DNA of 64,000 bases from the human T2T-CHM13v2.0 reference genome, Homo sapiens. Position numbers and translations under genes: made by a program. Numbering within the stretch: the first letter of the stretch is position 1; each line of letters opens with the position of its first letter. The notes below the pieces were generated by a model. That model had not been told where the DNA came from. It saw only the letters and a program-made list of their open reading frames with translations, and ran no database searches. The stretch lies in the NCBI RefSeq assembly GCF_009914755.1, contig NC_060930.1, one strand, 5' to 3'. Below are positions 42,997-58,046 of this stretch, piece after piece.

Positions 42997-43902
42997 TTCT
43001 AAGGAGAATGTGGTTTGAAGAAGTATGATTTACGTGATCTGGGAAAATCCTTGCAAATGAATTCCATCCCACCCTTTCAAGGAAATACTGTGATTGTGGC
43101 AGCTACCTGATTAAGCTGTATTCTATTACTAGTCTATGATCAGTATCACTTTGCTGCTTGTCTTATATACCGGCATAGTAAATAATAACAAGAAGCCATT
43201 AAAATAAGTATAGTTAAGTCTCGATCGGTCACACAAGAGGGTTTTTGGTTCTGTTGAATGGAAAGTATTGTTTCCCTAACACACTTTCAATAGCATTAAT
43301 AAGACCCGCTTAACTAAATGCCATATCTTATGTTCTGTGAGGAAATATCTTACCTCAAAGAACAGTCTAGAGTGTCAAGAAGGGATGCTAGAAGAACCTG
43401 GTTCTCATTTCTTAAATTTTCTCTTATGATACTTATCAGTGCTATGGGTATTCAGAGGAATGTCTTAGTAAAAAGGGTTGACAGCACTCCCAAGAAATCA
43501 GTGTAATAATGAGACAAAAGCATGAGTCAAATAGAGTTAGAGGCCACTGATGAATAAGTTTCAGAATACAGAGGGCTTCAAGTAGTAGAAAAAGTTTCTC
43601 TTTATCTTTTTAAAGCTACTGTATATACAAATTAAAACTAAGTCCTCTCTTCCTTGGTTTCAATGACCATAAAGCAAAAGAGCATATACCAGATTTGCCT
43701 TGGTTGCTACAACCAATTCACTGTTTCCAAAGATTTAGAATCTTCTGAAATACAATATTCCTAATTTTTCCAAAGATTTTCATATTATGTATTATTCTCC
43801 AGGAAATTTATCATATTGTATCAATTTCATAAAATACACCTCTTTCATAAGCACTAATTTCCACAGTGATGTAGGGAAAGATATAAGAAAATATGCTATT
43901 TT

Positions 43903-44212
43903 CTGGGCAGGCCCTGTGGCTCATGCTTGTAATTCCAGCACTTTGGAAGGTCGAGGCAGGTGGATCACCTGAGGTCAGGAGTTCAAGACCAGCCTGGCCA
44001 ACATGGTGAAACCCTGTTTCTACTAAAAATACAAAAATTAGCCAGGCGTGGTGGCTAATGCACCTGTAGTCCCAGCTACTCAGGAGGCTGAGGCAGGAGA
44101 ATCACTTGAACTCAGGAGGTGGAGTTTGCTAGTGAGCCAAGATTGTGCCACTGCACTGTAGCCTGGGCAACAGAGAGAGACTCTGTCCGCAAAAAAAAAA
44201 AAAAAAGAAAAA
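43903..44212 (+). mobile_element. AluS (Sx-like)
   Basis: ggatcacctgaggtcaggagttcaagaccagcctggccaacatggtg; TSD aagaaaatatgctatttt on both sides. Confidence 0.9.
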
Positions 44213-44325
44213 AGAAAATATGCTATTTTTTAATATAAAAACATTGATCAATTTTCTGTATATGCATATATAAACCTATAGATGTATATAAATATTCAGT
44301 TCATAGTCTTTAGTTCAAGAACATA

Positions 44326-44648
44326 CAGTCTGCTGTCCATATCTGTGGGTTCTGCACCCATGCATTCAAACAACTGTAGGCTGAAAATGTTTGGGAAAAA
44401 AATGGATGGTCACATAGACTTTCATGTCATTATTTTCTAAACAATACAGTATGACAACTATTTATATAGCATTTATATTGTGTTAGGTATCATAAGTAAT
44501 CTAGAGATGATTTAAAGTATATAGAAGGATTGTATAGGTTATATGCATAAAGTACAACATTTTATATCAGGGACTTGAGCATCCATGGATTTTGATATTG
44601 GCAGGGATGTCCTGGAACCAATTCCCCGAAGATATGAAAGGATGACTA
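44326..44648 (-). mobile_element. MER2 (TcMar-Tigger MITE)
   Basis: cagtc...gggttctgcacccatgcattcaaacaac...aagtaatctagagatgatttaaagtata...gggacttgagcatccatggatttt...cctggaaccaattcccc...gacta, with TA on both sides. Confidence 0.9.
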
Positions 44649-44803
44649 TACTATATTTTAGAAAGTTCCTTGCAGTTCTTTCATTTTGAATTCAATATTT
44701 ATTTTTAATAGATAAAATTTTATAGCCCATTTGACTCTCAATATTATTTAGTACAGAAAATCTTTTTAATCCAAGTGCCCATGAAAAGGAATATTTGTAA
44801 TGC

Positions 44804-45470
<667 letters not shown>

Positions 45471-46369
45471 AATGCTTTTTTTTTTTTTTTTTAAATCTAC
45501 GACTGCTTTTAAAAAAATGCATTCCTAGTTTCAACTCAAGATATAGGAACGTGTCTTTTTTTATTCTCTTACTCCTGGTCTTATCAACAGTCCAAGGGGT
45601 TGGGTGGGGTGGGAGTGGGACCAACATTGAAGATGAAGAAATTCCCACCTGTGTCTGTTTGCCATCTCTATTTGTATAACAAAAAGTAAATTGCTAGATA
45701 AGTGACTACTTAGGTACTCTAATTTGGAATGGTCTGGCATTTGGAACTGTATCACAGTATAGAAAGTTTTAAATTGGTAGCTCTCAGTCTTATTCATCTT
45801 TCTGTCTAGTTAATTCATTTTTTAAAACCTATATTGTTTGTGCTTAGATCGTGAGTCTTTCAAAGACATGCTAATTGCTTAATGTCTGAAGAAACTTCAT
45901 CCCTCCGAGTAATTTCAATCTTCTTTTGACTATTAAGTTTCTGGTAGCAGGAAGGCTTAATTTGGCAAACCCTTGCATTTTAAAAGTTTAAAATGAGAGA
46001 ACTAGAAGGCCACCAAATAACCATACTGAAATAGAAATAAGTTCTAATTCAAAAATTATTCTTTCCAGCCCCCAGGATGAAGGCAAATTGCAATTAGGCC
46101 TTGTAATGGAATAACTGCAAACATATTTTCTCCAAATCTCTAAGACAATAAATGATTTTTTTCCAACAAAATATTTTATCAATAAGCAGAAGCTTTCTAA
46201 TACATATGTGATGTGTACCTTTATCAAATCATTGCTTAATAGAGTTTTACAGATCAGCTGAAAGTTTTTTAATCAATTTATTTTTTGATTTTCAAAGTAT
46301 TTTTTTTCTTTAATTTTGCCTGGGAAATTGTTTAAATGAAGCAGTATCCCACAAACCGTAGTGGAACAA

Positions 46370-47620
46370 AACAAGTTGACATTTTAAATAAGGCAACTGG
46401 CTTTCATACTCCTGAAACTTCTTATGCTATGGTTTAATTTTGCTTTCTTGAAATTCTAGCTATCTTGGTTTTCACAATACAACATTTTTCTTGGTTCTCC
46501 TGCTTCCTCTCTGGTCTTCATCTTTTTTTGTTTGTTTGATCTCTTTTGTCCTCATCCTCTTCCTAATTTCTAAATGTAAGTCTCCCTTTCAGGGTTGGGT
46601 CTTTGTTTTCAGTCTTTCCCACTTTACTGCAACGTGCCCAGGCTCAGTCTCTCTTCTAAGAAAACATGGCCCTTTGTATTTCTTCCTAATGTGTTGAAAA
46701 TCAAACTCATCACATCTTCAAAAACATCCTCCTTTTTTTCCATGAGTTTCCAGACTCTGTTAGTAACAGAACCATTTCCTCAGTCATACTGTCTCTTTAA
46801 GCATCTCAAGGGTCTCTTATTTTCTTCTAGTTCCTAGGTCAATTACCCCATCAATGCATCCATCTTTTCTCTTCTATTTCTTCTTCCTTACCCTTGTTTC
46901 AGGCAGTCCTTGCATAATATAATGAAATGTAATTGATGTTCCTACCTCTTGTCTCTCCCACGATGAATTCCATGGTAACACCTATGAATCAATCTTCCCG
47001 AAGTACAGTATTAGCTATGTCAATTCTCTACCAAAAATCCTTACGAGTTTGCCATTTTCTGCTGTATAAAGTACAATATTCTCATCCTGGCACACAAGTC
47101 CATCCAAATACGGGCCTACCATGCTCTGACCCTCTCGCAGTAATGTGAATCTCAGCCAAACTGGTGTGGTTGGTATTCCTAGGACTAACTTTGTGATTTC
47201 CTAACTTTTTGCCTTCATCAATGCTTTTCCTTTTATGAGGACTTTCCTTCCCTATCATCTGCCTCAACTTGTTAACACAGAGCTTAATTTTCGAATGCTA
47301 CCTTACACATAAAGCCTTCCTTCAACTTCTAGCCAGGCAGAATTCCTCTGTTTCTTTTATCTTTATCTTCCCATAGCATTGTGCTTGTATGTTTCTAGTG
47401 GTACCAACCTTGTTCCACTTTGCACTTTAGCTATTTGAGGATGTGTTTATTTCAATTCAACACATTTTTTTAGTCACTCATATGTAAAATAAAATGAAAT
47501 GCATCTATTACAGTGTAAGGTCTCTGAGGGAGGGACTGGCTTATTCATATTTGTCTTTGATGTAGCACACCGCAGGGGCCTACGCAGTAATAGATGCTTT
47601 AATTACTATTGGTTTTACTG
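46370..47620 (+). mobile_element. L2 fragment
   Basis: ctccttgaaac-like motif, cttggttttcacaatacaacatttttcttggttctcctgcttcctctctgg, and a 3' end tgtaaggtctctgaggg...tactgaattg. Confidence 0.65.
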
Positions 47621-47796
47621 AATTGTGAAGACAGCAATAATTTAGACATAAGTTTGCTCAGCAGTTATTTGAGGCATCTTAGAAAACAATCCAAGATTTA
47701 AGTCCTAAAGGATATCGTTTTTCAGATTTTAGAAGTCAAGATCGTTCTTTGGAGTTTTCAATTTTTCTTTTAATGAAGTGAAAATAAAGCTGATTT

Positions 47797-49958
47797 AGCG
47801 GAGCTGGCGCCGGCGCCGCCATGTTAGGTCTGAGGCGGCTGCCACAGGCGCGACGGATACTGTGGATCGCCTGACAGCCGCCTGGGGTCCGCCGCTCTGC
47901 GAGCGCCGGGAGCTGCGGTGGCACCATGAGCGGGGTCACCCCTTTCCTCCACAGCAAGATCAGCCACATCTCCAAGGCACAGATCTGCTACGAGGGCATC
48001 CTCTGCACCATCGACACGTAGAACCCCACCGTAGCCCTCGCTAAAATTCAATTTTCTGGTACAGAAGATAGATCGTCCAATACCACCTCAAGATGAACTA
48101 TTGTAATACATTGTATTCCATAGGAGTGACATTAAAGACCTCACTGTGAGCCACCAAAACCACAGTGTTCTTTGCCTGAAGACCCAGCTATCCTTCAGTC
48201 CTCACTAGGCTCATCAACTTCTTCATTCTGGTGCGTGGGGTTCTCATGGGCCTTTGGGCAGGATGCTCATATACAGTCGGTTCAGTCCAAGCTCCTTAGT
48301 TGGGCAGGAGTTTGGTGCCGTTGCTGTTGCTGGAAGCTCTTTGATATCGTTTGGAACAGAAACATCAAACAGTGGTGTCTTACCCCAAAGTAGTATGGTT
48401 GACTGTGCCTTAACACAGGATACAAGATCTCTAAAAACACAGTTATCTCAAGGTCACTCAAGCCCTCAGTTAGACCCTTTGAGAAAAAGCCCAACCACTG
48501 AACAAGCAGTGAAGACTGTCTCGGCCCATTTACCTGCTCCAGCACCTGTTGGGAGAAGGAGCCCTGTATCAACTAGGCAATAGAGATCAAGAGCACTGGT
48601 GAGCTGAAGTACACAATGTTTCAAGACCAGAAAATGAGCAACTCAGAAATGATAGCAAGAGACAAGTAGCTCCAGGTACTCCTTCAGCTCCAAGGAGAGG
48701 GCGTGGGGTTCAGCCGGGTAGCAGGGGAAGATTTCGTATTCTGCGAGATGGGCCAATGAAATTTGAGAAAGACTTTGACTTTGAAAGTGCAAATGCACAA
48801 TTCAACAAGGGAGAGATAGACAGAGAGTTTCATAATAAACTTAAAAGAAGATAAACTGAGAAACAGGAGGAGCCTGTAAATGGTGAAGATAAAGGTGACC
48901 CAGGAGTTGATACCCCAAAAGTAAAGGAAGTGCTGATGAAGAAGATCCACTTGGACCTAACTGCTAGTAGGAAAAAACTAAATCCTTCTTTGATAATATT
49001 TCTTGTGATGACAATAGGGAACGGATATCAACCTGGGCTGAAGAAAGAAGATTAAATGCTGAAACATTTGGAATCCCACTTTGTCCAAATCGTGGCTGTG
49101 GGAGACGCAGAGGCAGAGGGATCTTCGGTTTCTGTGGTGGCAGAGGGCATGGTGGTAGCAGATGTGGTACTTTAACCATCCCTGGAGGATTTCGCAGTGG
49201 ATTCAGAGGAGGTCCTGGGGGCAGGGAGTTTTCGGATTTCTAATGTAGGAAAGACAACAAAGTTGCTGTATAGTCTACAAACAAGTCTCTAAAAATAGGT
49301 GAATTTTTAGCTCTTCATGGTCCTGAAAATTGATTTCAGTCTTTGTGAAGAATCAAGTGAATTCACTGTACATTTGTCAACAGCACTGGGTTTTTGTTTT
49401 TTGTTTGTTTTTCTGCTTAATTTCAAAGATAAAATGCAGTTACTTTTTGGGGTTGCAGGGGAGAAAGCCTAATCTTAAAAAATGAACATAAAATATATTT
49501 GGAATAGCAGAAGGTTAAGTAATTTCTTATGTACAGTTAAGCAGTACTTCAGTGGGACTTATATTTTTTCATCACTGAAAGTGTATTTTTTAAATTACTA
49601 AATCATATTTGTCAATTGCAAGTGGCCTGCAGATAGGGCTGTGATACTGTGTTTTGGGCCACAGAAGGGTGTGTGTGTGCATGTCTGTATCTTTCTCCTT
49701 TTTTGGGGAATCCTATAATATGAGGTAGCTTATTTCATCAATTATTTAGGGTGCTGGATGGTAGAGAATTTTCAGTAGAGAATTTTCAGTTAACTAGGTA
49801 CACACAGTAAATACTGTTTCTTAGGCAAAGGTAACTTTTTTATATAGTTGTAAAATTCCACTATATTCCATTGCCAAAGAAACATTAAGAACTTTGTATA
49901 GCCACATAAAAAGCAACCAAATTTTTAAAGAATAATCATTTTAAAGTCAGAAAAAAAA
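47797..49958 (+). pseudogene. LSM14A (RAP55A) processed pseudogene; CDS remnant 47926-49273
   Basis: [31 protein letters not shown] (LSm domain), [13 protein letters not shown]...[31 protein letters not shown] (FDF), [11 protein letters not shown] (FFD), [11 protein letters not shown] (TFG), RGG-rich end RKDNKVAV*. It has a GC-rich 5'UTR, long 3'UTR and short A tail, with TSD aaaa(t/a)aaagctg(a/t)ttt at 47781 and 49951. Many stops and frameshifts. Confidence 0.93.
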
Positions 49959-50373
49959 GCTGTTTTTATTATTTATGTTCAGGGTAATATCTGTCTTGGT
50001 ACTCATAAAGTTGTGAAAATACAAAAGGATTTTTTGTGTCTTCCTTCCTATTTTTCTTGCATCAGATCACTTTGCCTCATCTTTTCATCTATAAATTGGG
50101 GAATAATATCTACTTCATATGGTAGTTGTGAGATTTCCTTGAATTAATATATGTGAAGCCATGAGCACAATGCCTAGCATAAGATCATTAACATCATCAG
50201 CAAGGAAGAAACCCCAGAGCGATTGGAATGAACGTGTCTGCAGCCACGTGCAGGTTTTCCTTGAACGCTTATCTTCATCTAAGTTCTTGTGTGTCTAGAA
50301 TTGGTGGGTTCTTGGTCTCACTGACTTCAAGAATGAAGCCATGGACCCTCGCGGTGAGTGTTACAGCTCTTAA

Positions 50374-50787
<414 letters not shown>

Positions 50788-50999
50788 GAGTGTTACAACT
50801 CTTAAGGCGGTGCGTCTGGAGTTGTTCGTTCCTCCCGGTGGGTCTGTGGGCTTGCTGGCTTCAGGAGTGAAGCTGCAGACCTTCGCGATGAGTGTTACAG
50901 CTCATAAAGGCAGTGTGGACCCAAAGAGTGAGAAGCAGCCAGATTTATTGCAAAGAGTGAAAGAACAAAGCTTCCACAGCGTGGTAGGGGACCCAAGCG

Positions 51000-51320
51000 G
51001 GTTGCCACTGCTGGCTCCCGCAGCCTGCTTTTATTGTCTTATTTGGCCCTACCCACATCCTGCTGATTGGTAGAGCTGAGTGGTCTGTTTTGATAGGGCA
51101 CTGATTGGTGCGTTTATAATCCCTGAGCTAGACACAAAGGTTCTCCACCTCCCCACCAGATTAGCTAGATACAGAGTGTCCACACAAAGGTTCTCCAAGT
51201 CTCCACCAGAGTAGCTAGATACACAGTGTGGATTGGTGCATTCACAAACCCTGAGCTAGACACAGGGTGCTGATTGGTGTGTTTACAAACCTTGAGCTAG
51301 ATACAGAGTGCCCATTGGTG
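51000..51320 (-). promoter_or_regulatory. LTR12C core promoter: five CCAAT (NF-Y) boxes and an AATAAAA TATA-like box
   Basis: attgg at 51066, 51104, 51232, 51273 and 51314; ttttatt at 51029-51035. This matches known ERV9 LTR promoter architecture. Confidence 0.65.
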
Positions 51321-52539
51321 TATTTATAATCCCTTAGCTAGACATAAAGGTTCTCCAAGTCCTCACCAGACTCAGGAGCCCAGCTGGCTTCATCCAGTGG
51401 ATCCCGCACTGGGGCTGCAGGTGGAGCTGCCTGCCAGTCTCGTGCCCTGCGCCCGCACTCCTCAGCCCTTGGGTGGTCGATGGGACTGGGCGCTGTGGAG
51501 CAGGGGGCGGTGCTCGTCGGGGAGGATCAGGCTGCACAGGAGCCCACGGAGTTGGGGGAGGCTCAGGCATGGCGGGCTGCAAGTCCTGAGCCCTGCTCCG
51601 AGGGAAGGCAGCTAAGGCCTGGCGAGAAATTGAGCACAGCAGCTGCTGGCCGGGGTGCTAAGCCCCTCACTGACCAGGGTGGGCGGGGCCGGCCGCCGGC
51701 CGCTCTGAGTGCAGGCCCGCCGAGACCACGCCCACCCGGAACTTGCGCTGGCGCGCAAGCACCGCACGCAGCCCCGGTTCCCGCCTGGGCCTCTCCCTCC
51801 ACAACCCCCGCAAGCTGAGGGAGCCGGCCCCGGCCTTGGCCTGCCCAGAAAGGGGCTCCCACAGTGCAGCGGCAAGCTGAAGGGCTCGTCAAGTGCCGCC
51901 AAAGTGGGAGCCCAGGCAGAGGAGGTGCCGAGAGCGAGTGAGGGGTGTGAGGACTGCCAGCACGCTGTCACCTCTCACTTGGATCCTGCATATGTGAGCA
52001 ATAGTAGCCAAAGTGAACTGCGATTATCTCCTTCTTTCAGCTAACTTCAATCACTGCTTCTGAGTGAACATTGCAGGTTGTGTTTAGTGAGGGATTCAAG
52101 GCTTTATGCTTCATGGTGGGGTCAATCAGATTCTACATCAGTTGCTTAAGATTATGAAAAAATATATACATTTCACTTGAAAAAAGGACTAAGTCTGATT
52201 TGTTCATCCCTGTACCTCAGCCCATGGCACACTGCCTGGTGTATTGCAGGCACTCAAAAAATTTTTGTTGAATGAAGAAGTCAGTTAATGGAGTTAAACC
52301 ACTAAGACATGATTTGTTTTTCTTACCTTTAGAAGATATCCTAGAGATGAACTCCCTTTTTTGAGAGCAATTAGCATATAGTTGATTTTATTCTGAAGAT
52401 AAATGACCCCTTATTTTATATTAATTGATTTCTTTGCAACAGAATCAGTGTAAGTAATTGGGAATAAATTCTTGTTAATATATGACATTGTTAGAAACAT
52501 TCCATCTCGCTTGCATGAAAATCATCTAATAAGGATTAA

Positions 52540-53026
52540 ATGACATTTTGCAGGTGCTTACTGTGTGCCAGACACAGTTCTAAATGTTTCAAAAAATAAA
52601 ATGTGCATTTCATAAGTGCAGTGTGGAATCCTGGATTGAATCCTGAAATGGAAAAAGAGTATTAGTGGAAAAACAGGAAAAATCTGTATAAAATCTGGAG
52701 TTTGGTTCATTGCAATGTATCACTGTTGGTTTCTTAGTTTTGTCAAATGTGCCATGGTAATGTAAGAGGGTAACGTTCAGGGAAACAGGATGACAGGTAT
52801 ACGAGAACTTTCTGTATTATCTTTGCAACTTTTCTGTATACCTAAAATTATTACAAAATACAAAGCTTATTTAAAATTATGTATTCATTTGTTTAATCCT
52901 TAAAACAAGCCTGTGATGCAAGTATCATTGTTGGCTCCTTTTACAAGTAAGAATTCAAAGTATAGAGAGGTTAAGTTACTCCTCGGGTCGCAGCTGCTAT
53001 CAGTGTCAAGATACCGGCATTTTATT
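52540..53026 (-). mobile_element. MIR interrupted by an L1M 3' end
   Basis: gtgcttactgtgtgccagacacagttctaaatg...catttgtttaatcctta...ccttttacaagtaagaattcaaagtatagagaggttaagttact. Confidence 0.7.
52605..52875 (+). mobile_element. L1MC/MD-type 3' end fragment
   Basis: tgcagtgtggaatcctggattgaatcctg...ggtatacgagaactttctgtattatctttgcaacttttctgtatacctaaaattatt. Confidence 0.7.
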
Positions 53027-53034
53027 CTAGGTTG

Positions 53035-53380
53035 CAGTGGTCCCCAACATTTTTGTCACCAGGGACTGGTTTCATGGAAGATAATTTTTCCATGGATGGG
53101 GGTAAAGGGGTGCAAGGATGGTTTTAGGATGAAACTGTTCCATCTCAGATCATCAGACATTAGTTAGATTCTGATAAGGAATGTGTAACCTAGATCCCTC
53201 CCATGTGCAGTTCACAATAGGTTTTGTGCTCTTAAGAGAATCTAATGCCACTGATCTGACAGGAGGCGGAGCTTAGGTGGTAATGCTCACTCACCTGACA
53301 CTCACCTACTGCTGAGTGGCCCAGTTCCTAACAGGCCACAGACAGGTGTTGATCTGTGGCCTGGGAGTTGGGGGTCCCTG
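53035..53380 (+). mobile_element. MER1B (hAT-Charlie MITE)
   Basis: cagtggtccccaac...gggagttgggggtccctg terminal inverted repeats; perfect 8-bp TSD ctaggttg at 53027 and 53381. Confidence 0.92.
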
Positions 53381-56300
53381 CTAGGTTGTATACTTTTTAA
53401 ACAATATGCATTCCTTTATCTCCTGACTCAAGTAATCAAGAAGTCATTCATGAAGCAGATACAATCACCGCTCAGTAAATACTTCTATCTTCTGAGACTC
53501 TAGTCATATGGCCAATGATTGACCATTATTGTTGTAATGCTATTCCCTATGAAACTTCGGCTAGATGCTGTTGATTCTTGATTTCAGAATGTCACACAAT
53601 CAACCACTACCATGACCACAAATTCTAAGTTGAGTGCATTTTAATTGATTATCATGATCATATCTTAAATTCCTTAACCCAAGACTGAAATGTTGAATTC
53701 TGTAGTCATTTGGGGGTTATTGTGAAAGCCACTCTCCTATCTCCCTGTACTGGTACCCACACTACCCTCTGTGTGGGTCATATCTGTGCAAATGTCATGC
53801 TTTCATGCTTTCCCTGTCAAGCTGTTTATAAAAAATACATAGTTTCTGAAGAAAAATTGAAGAAAGATGCAGAGAAGAAAAACACTAAGCAAAAACTCTC
53901 CAGAAAAAGGTAAATCAAAAAATCCATCATAAACTTTAAAGACTAAAACCAGAACTTTAAGCTTAGAGGTAGCTAACATGTTCCAAATAATCTTCTTGTA
54001 CATAGCAGTCAAAAACCTCTTTATTCTTTAATGGGTATTTCTAGCTGCTTTCTTACACCCTTAAAAACTTTATGTCTTGCCTGCACAGCTGCAACTATGA
54101 CCACAGGCCACTTCTTTTTCTCATTATATTGCCCACCTATTTGTAACAATATCCTTTATTGTTTCCTTAACCACAAACAGCACTGTGGGAGAAACTATTG
54201 CTCTCTTATTTATTTCAATATGACAGATGAAAATGCGTGGGGGAGGAGCACGAACAGGAAGAGAAAGGTTTTTTTTCCTTCACTCTTTGATGCTACTATT
54301 TCAAAGCACATTTACACTTTGTTTCTTGGTTTTGTTTGGTTTTAATTTGCCCAATGAACATTTATAAGATTTGCAATATATAGGGAAAAATGAAATTATT
54401 TATGTTTTAAAAAAATCTATGTGCAAGTTCAAATTTTAATTTATCTAAGAAGATTGTATTACTTATCCATAGATTTAGATTATTGATTAAAATATTTAAT
54501 GCATTTCTGCTGGACTCATTTTTCTTCTGAAAACACTTCTTACTTTCACCTAAAATATGGTGAAAATAAATGCTTATTGCAAGTTTTAGGAAATTTCATT
54601 TATCCCTAAGAAATATATTTCTTGTTATGCCCTTGATTTGTTATTTTTTTGAACAAATTGCTTAATAACTTTTAAACTTGGATATTTATAGCTATATTTT
54701 CCTTTGATTAAATGTACCTAAGAAGATTTAATTTAAAAAACTGGAATAAAATTATACAGGGGCTCATTGAAAATCAACCAAAACTGAGTGTAAAATGTAA
54801 AAAAAAAAAAAAACTTCAGGCTGTAGGAGAAACAACCTATCTTGATCTTGGTGTGAAATTTTCTGGTGCTGCTGCCAATCCTGTTACCATGGCCCCAGGG
54901 TCCTTTAGTTCTGTTCTCTCCTTACCTCTCCCATTACTTTCCCTTCCCCATCTCCCTTTTTCCACTTCTAAACACACACACTGGCTGAAGTGGAGTCCAG
55001 CGAAAGGATGGTGCATTTCTGTTTGCTTTCTCTCTGCATTTTCTATTTTCTGACCACAAAATGGCTAGAGATGCCTCATATAAACCAAAATAGTTTTAAA
55101 GTTTTGTTTGTTTTGTTTTTGTCCAGGATAATGCTATTGGTTTGCCCAATTTTTTTATGCTGTTGGCTATAAGCTCACACAAATTATAAATGTCCTGCAT
55201 AAATACATTGTGTACTTTTTTCTCTTGGTACTTAGTAAAATATTTTGCTGCAGTCTGTCATTAATATACCATTTAACTTACACATATACATTTCCAGCCA
55301 TTATCATTGTTACCCGTGCTTGACTGAAAAATATACTGAAAATATTAGTCTACTTTTCCACAGGCTCATTTAACTTACATTGTTATATTTAAGGTATATG
55401 CCTGTAACACCCCATCTCCCACTTGACACTTCTAAGCCCAACCCACTTTTTACTGTCAGCCATGAGTTCTGCATCTTCCATGAAATGTCACTGGTCCATT
55501 CCAGCTCTTGCTGCCTCTTCCTTCTCTCCTTCCTTTTATTTCCTGATTCTTGAGACCTATACTTTAATGTCAATCTTTTGGCTCAAGTTATTAACCTTCA
55601 ATGGCAGAGTGGCAAATGTAACTCTCTTATGCCACATAACATAGTATCTGCTTGTCTGCTGCTTGCATATTCTAATCTAAATTTGAGTTGGTATACAATC
55701 TTATTGTCAATATATGACTAATTTGTGTAATATAGATACTAAAATCTATATATGCTTTACTTACCTTATAAAAATCTGTATATGCTCAAACTAGATCTTG
55801 AGTTTCATCAAGGTGGTAACCATGTTTTATATTTGTTGGTGTTCTCTGTTCCCCAACAGTGAAAAGGGTCAGTATATAATGGTTGATAACTAAACCCTCT
55901 GTGGACAGGAACAAATTAAGAAAAGATATTCTACTTGTTTACCTATATGGTAACTTAGAGTTGTTTAAATGTCTTGAACAGAAACATAAACAATCTTGAC
56001 TCAAAATTTAAAATTATTTTCTAATGATTGATGGAAACCACAAACTATAGATAGAAAATGGCGCTGGACCTCTCAGTGACTGACCGACAGGAAAACAGGT
56101 ACCAGAAAGAATGAAGACTTTTACATCAGGTGTTTTTAGAAGGGATTCGTGGTTATCTGAGTAGAGTTATGATACCAGAGTGGTGTGTTCATCCAAGGCT
56201 GATAAGGAACCTTAACTTGACAAGATAAACAAGAGTGAATCAGCTAAATGACATTTGTGATTCTGGCTTATCCTCTGAAGATGAAAAATAATCACTGTCT

Positions 56301-57309
56301 CAGGGTCAAAGTAATGACTCATCTCTTAGAAATTGAGGTGGAAATGTCCAGATTTGGGAAGAATAATATTTCACATTCCATAGGCTATCCTCATTTAAGT
56401 GTAGATAGCTAGAGTAAATGATTGTGGGCATCTGAGCTGTGACTAGGAAGTAAAGAAAGGGTACACACAGCTTCAGAGACATTATCATCATCACAAAGGG
56501 CCTTTGGACTTGGAGTTTATGCCTTTCTGTATACTAGGAGCTGTTCAAATATAGTCCAGGAAGATGATTTCAAATTTAGATTAGAATATACAAGAAGCAA
56601 ACAAGCAGATATTATCTTATGTAGCATAAGAGAGAGTTACATTTGCCTCTGCCATTGAAGGTTAATAACTCGAGCATGGATGACCCCACAGAGAAAAGTG
56701 AATACATTTTCCAAGTATTTCATTCTGATTGTTGCAATGATCTATCAAAGGCAAAGTAAATAGTTCTGTCACTACACTTGCCTTACAATGCCCACACATG
56801 TAATATAGTGTTATCCTTTATGCCAGATAATGTTCAAAACTTGATTATGTATCTAGAGAACTTCAAAAATCACTTGGACTGTACATTTTCGGAATTACTT
56901 TAGTATTTCACTGCCTTTGTGAAAAGGAAAAAAGGGAAAAAGAGGAAAGCCGCTCCATGTACACACATAAACTCATTGCCATTATCACAAAGGCAAGAGA
57001 ATGAAAATACAAATCATACATCTGCATTCCTTGCTGTTTATTCTGTTATCAAATTAGCCGAAATGAGATACCTATGTAGCTCATGGACATTTCCTAGGCA
57101 ACCATCATTCTTTATTCGAAATCTTACCAAGGTCTTAGAATTCTTAAGATAAGCTGCAAAGAGTCAAATGCAAGCATAGGAGGAAAAAAAAGAGAGAAAA
57201 CAACTTTTGGTATTTTTAAGACCTAAACTCTGAGATTGCATAATGTTTTGAGGCAAAGAACTCCAAATATCCATTCCACACATAGTTGGAAATGATCCCA
57301 GTTGGCAAT

Positions 57310-57312
<3 letters not shown>

Positions 57313-57356
<44 letters not shown>
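57313..57356. repeat. (TG)n microsatellite
   Basis: About 20 TG units. Confidence 0.95.
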
Positions 57357-57359
<3 letters not shown>

Positions 57360-58046
57360 GTGGAGGAGATGGGTAGGTAAGAGGGTTAGAACAAATTGCT
57401 TCCTTTAGTTACACGTTTCCTCAATTAAAGAACAATTGTTATGTTTCATGTCTATAACTGTTTGCACCAGTTTTTCAAAATCACAAATAATACTAAATTC
57501 TATTCTTTCTAATTTTGTTTGACATAGACTTTCTATTGAGCTTTATGGTAGGGGTCATGTAACTGGGACAATCCTTTGCATAAAGAAAGTGCAAGACATA
57601 TTTTATTTCTGTACATCTTGACATCCTGCATCCCCTTCCAATTGCTTTTTCGTGGCAGGAATTTTTCTTCCTTATCTTTATATCCTTATATCCTACCAAT
57701 GTATATCTATAAATTATTATAATACCCATTGTGCAAGAATGATAATTACACTTTTGTTTGCTATGCCTGCAAGTATCTTCTCTCAGGTAGAATATTCCAA
57801 AACTATAAATGTAGTTTCCATAAAAATAATATATATCATTTTGTTATCTCATAAGCTTATGATAACCAATGTTTTAGTTAAAAATTCAGCCCCATTACCA
57901 CAATTATTTCTTTTGTCTCTCTAGGTACTTGGTTCAGCAGTCACACCTAAAGATCTTGTATAGTCTGAAATTATTAACGGTCAACTGGGTTTGAAGGTAC
58001 GTGACAAAGTATCATAATACCATCATTCAGAAAATTAGTAAGAAGA

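Noticed and set aside
48254-48583. 109-aa LSM14A-like ORF
   Set aside because: Internal low-complexity fragment with a non-ATG start, lying between stops and frameshifts.
51060-51370. Regularly spaced repeats superficially like a CRISPR array
   Set aside because: These are the normal LTR12 tandem enhancer repeats in eukaryotic DNA, with no unique spacers and no cas genes.
51334-52044. Overlapping GC-rich ORFs and CpG-island-like composition suggesting a gene start
   Set aside because: Fully explained by the LTR12C U3 sequence.
53822-53909. Possible 88-nt exon (aag|ctg...aaag|gtaaat) encoding VYKKYIVSEEKLKKDAEKKNTKQKLSRK
   Set aside because: The AAG acceptor is weak, there are no partner exons and no recognised protein, and A-rich DNA yields such peptides by chance. 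A lncRNA exon cannot be excluded.
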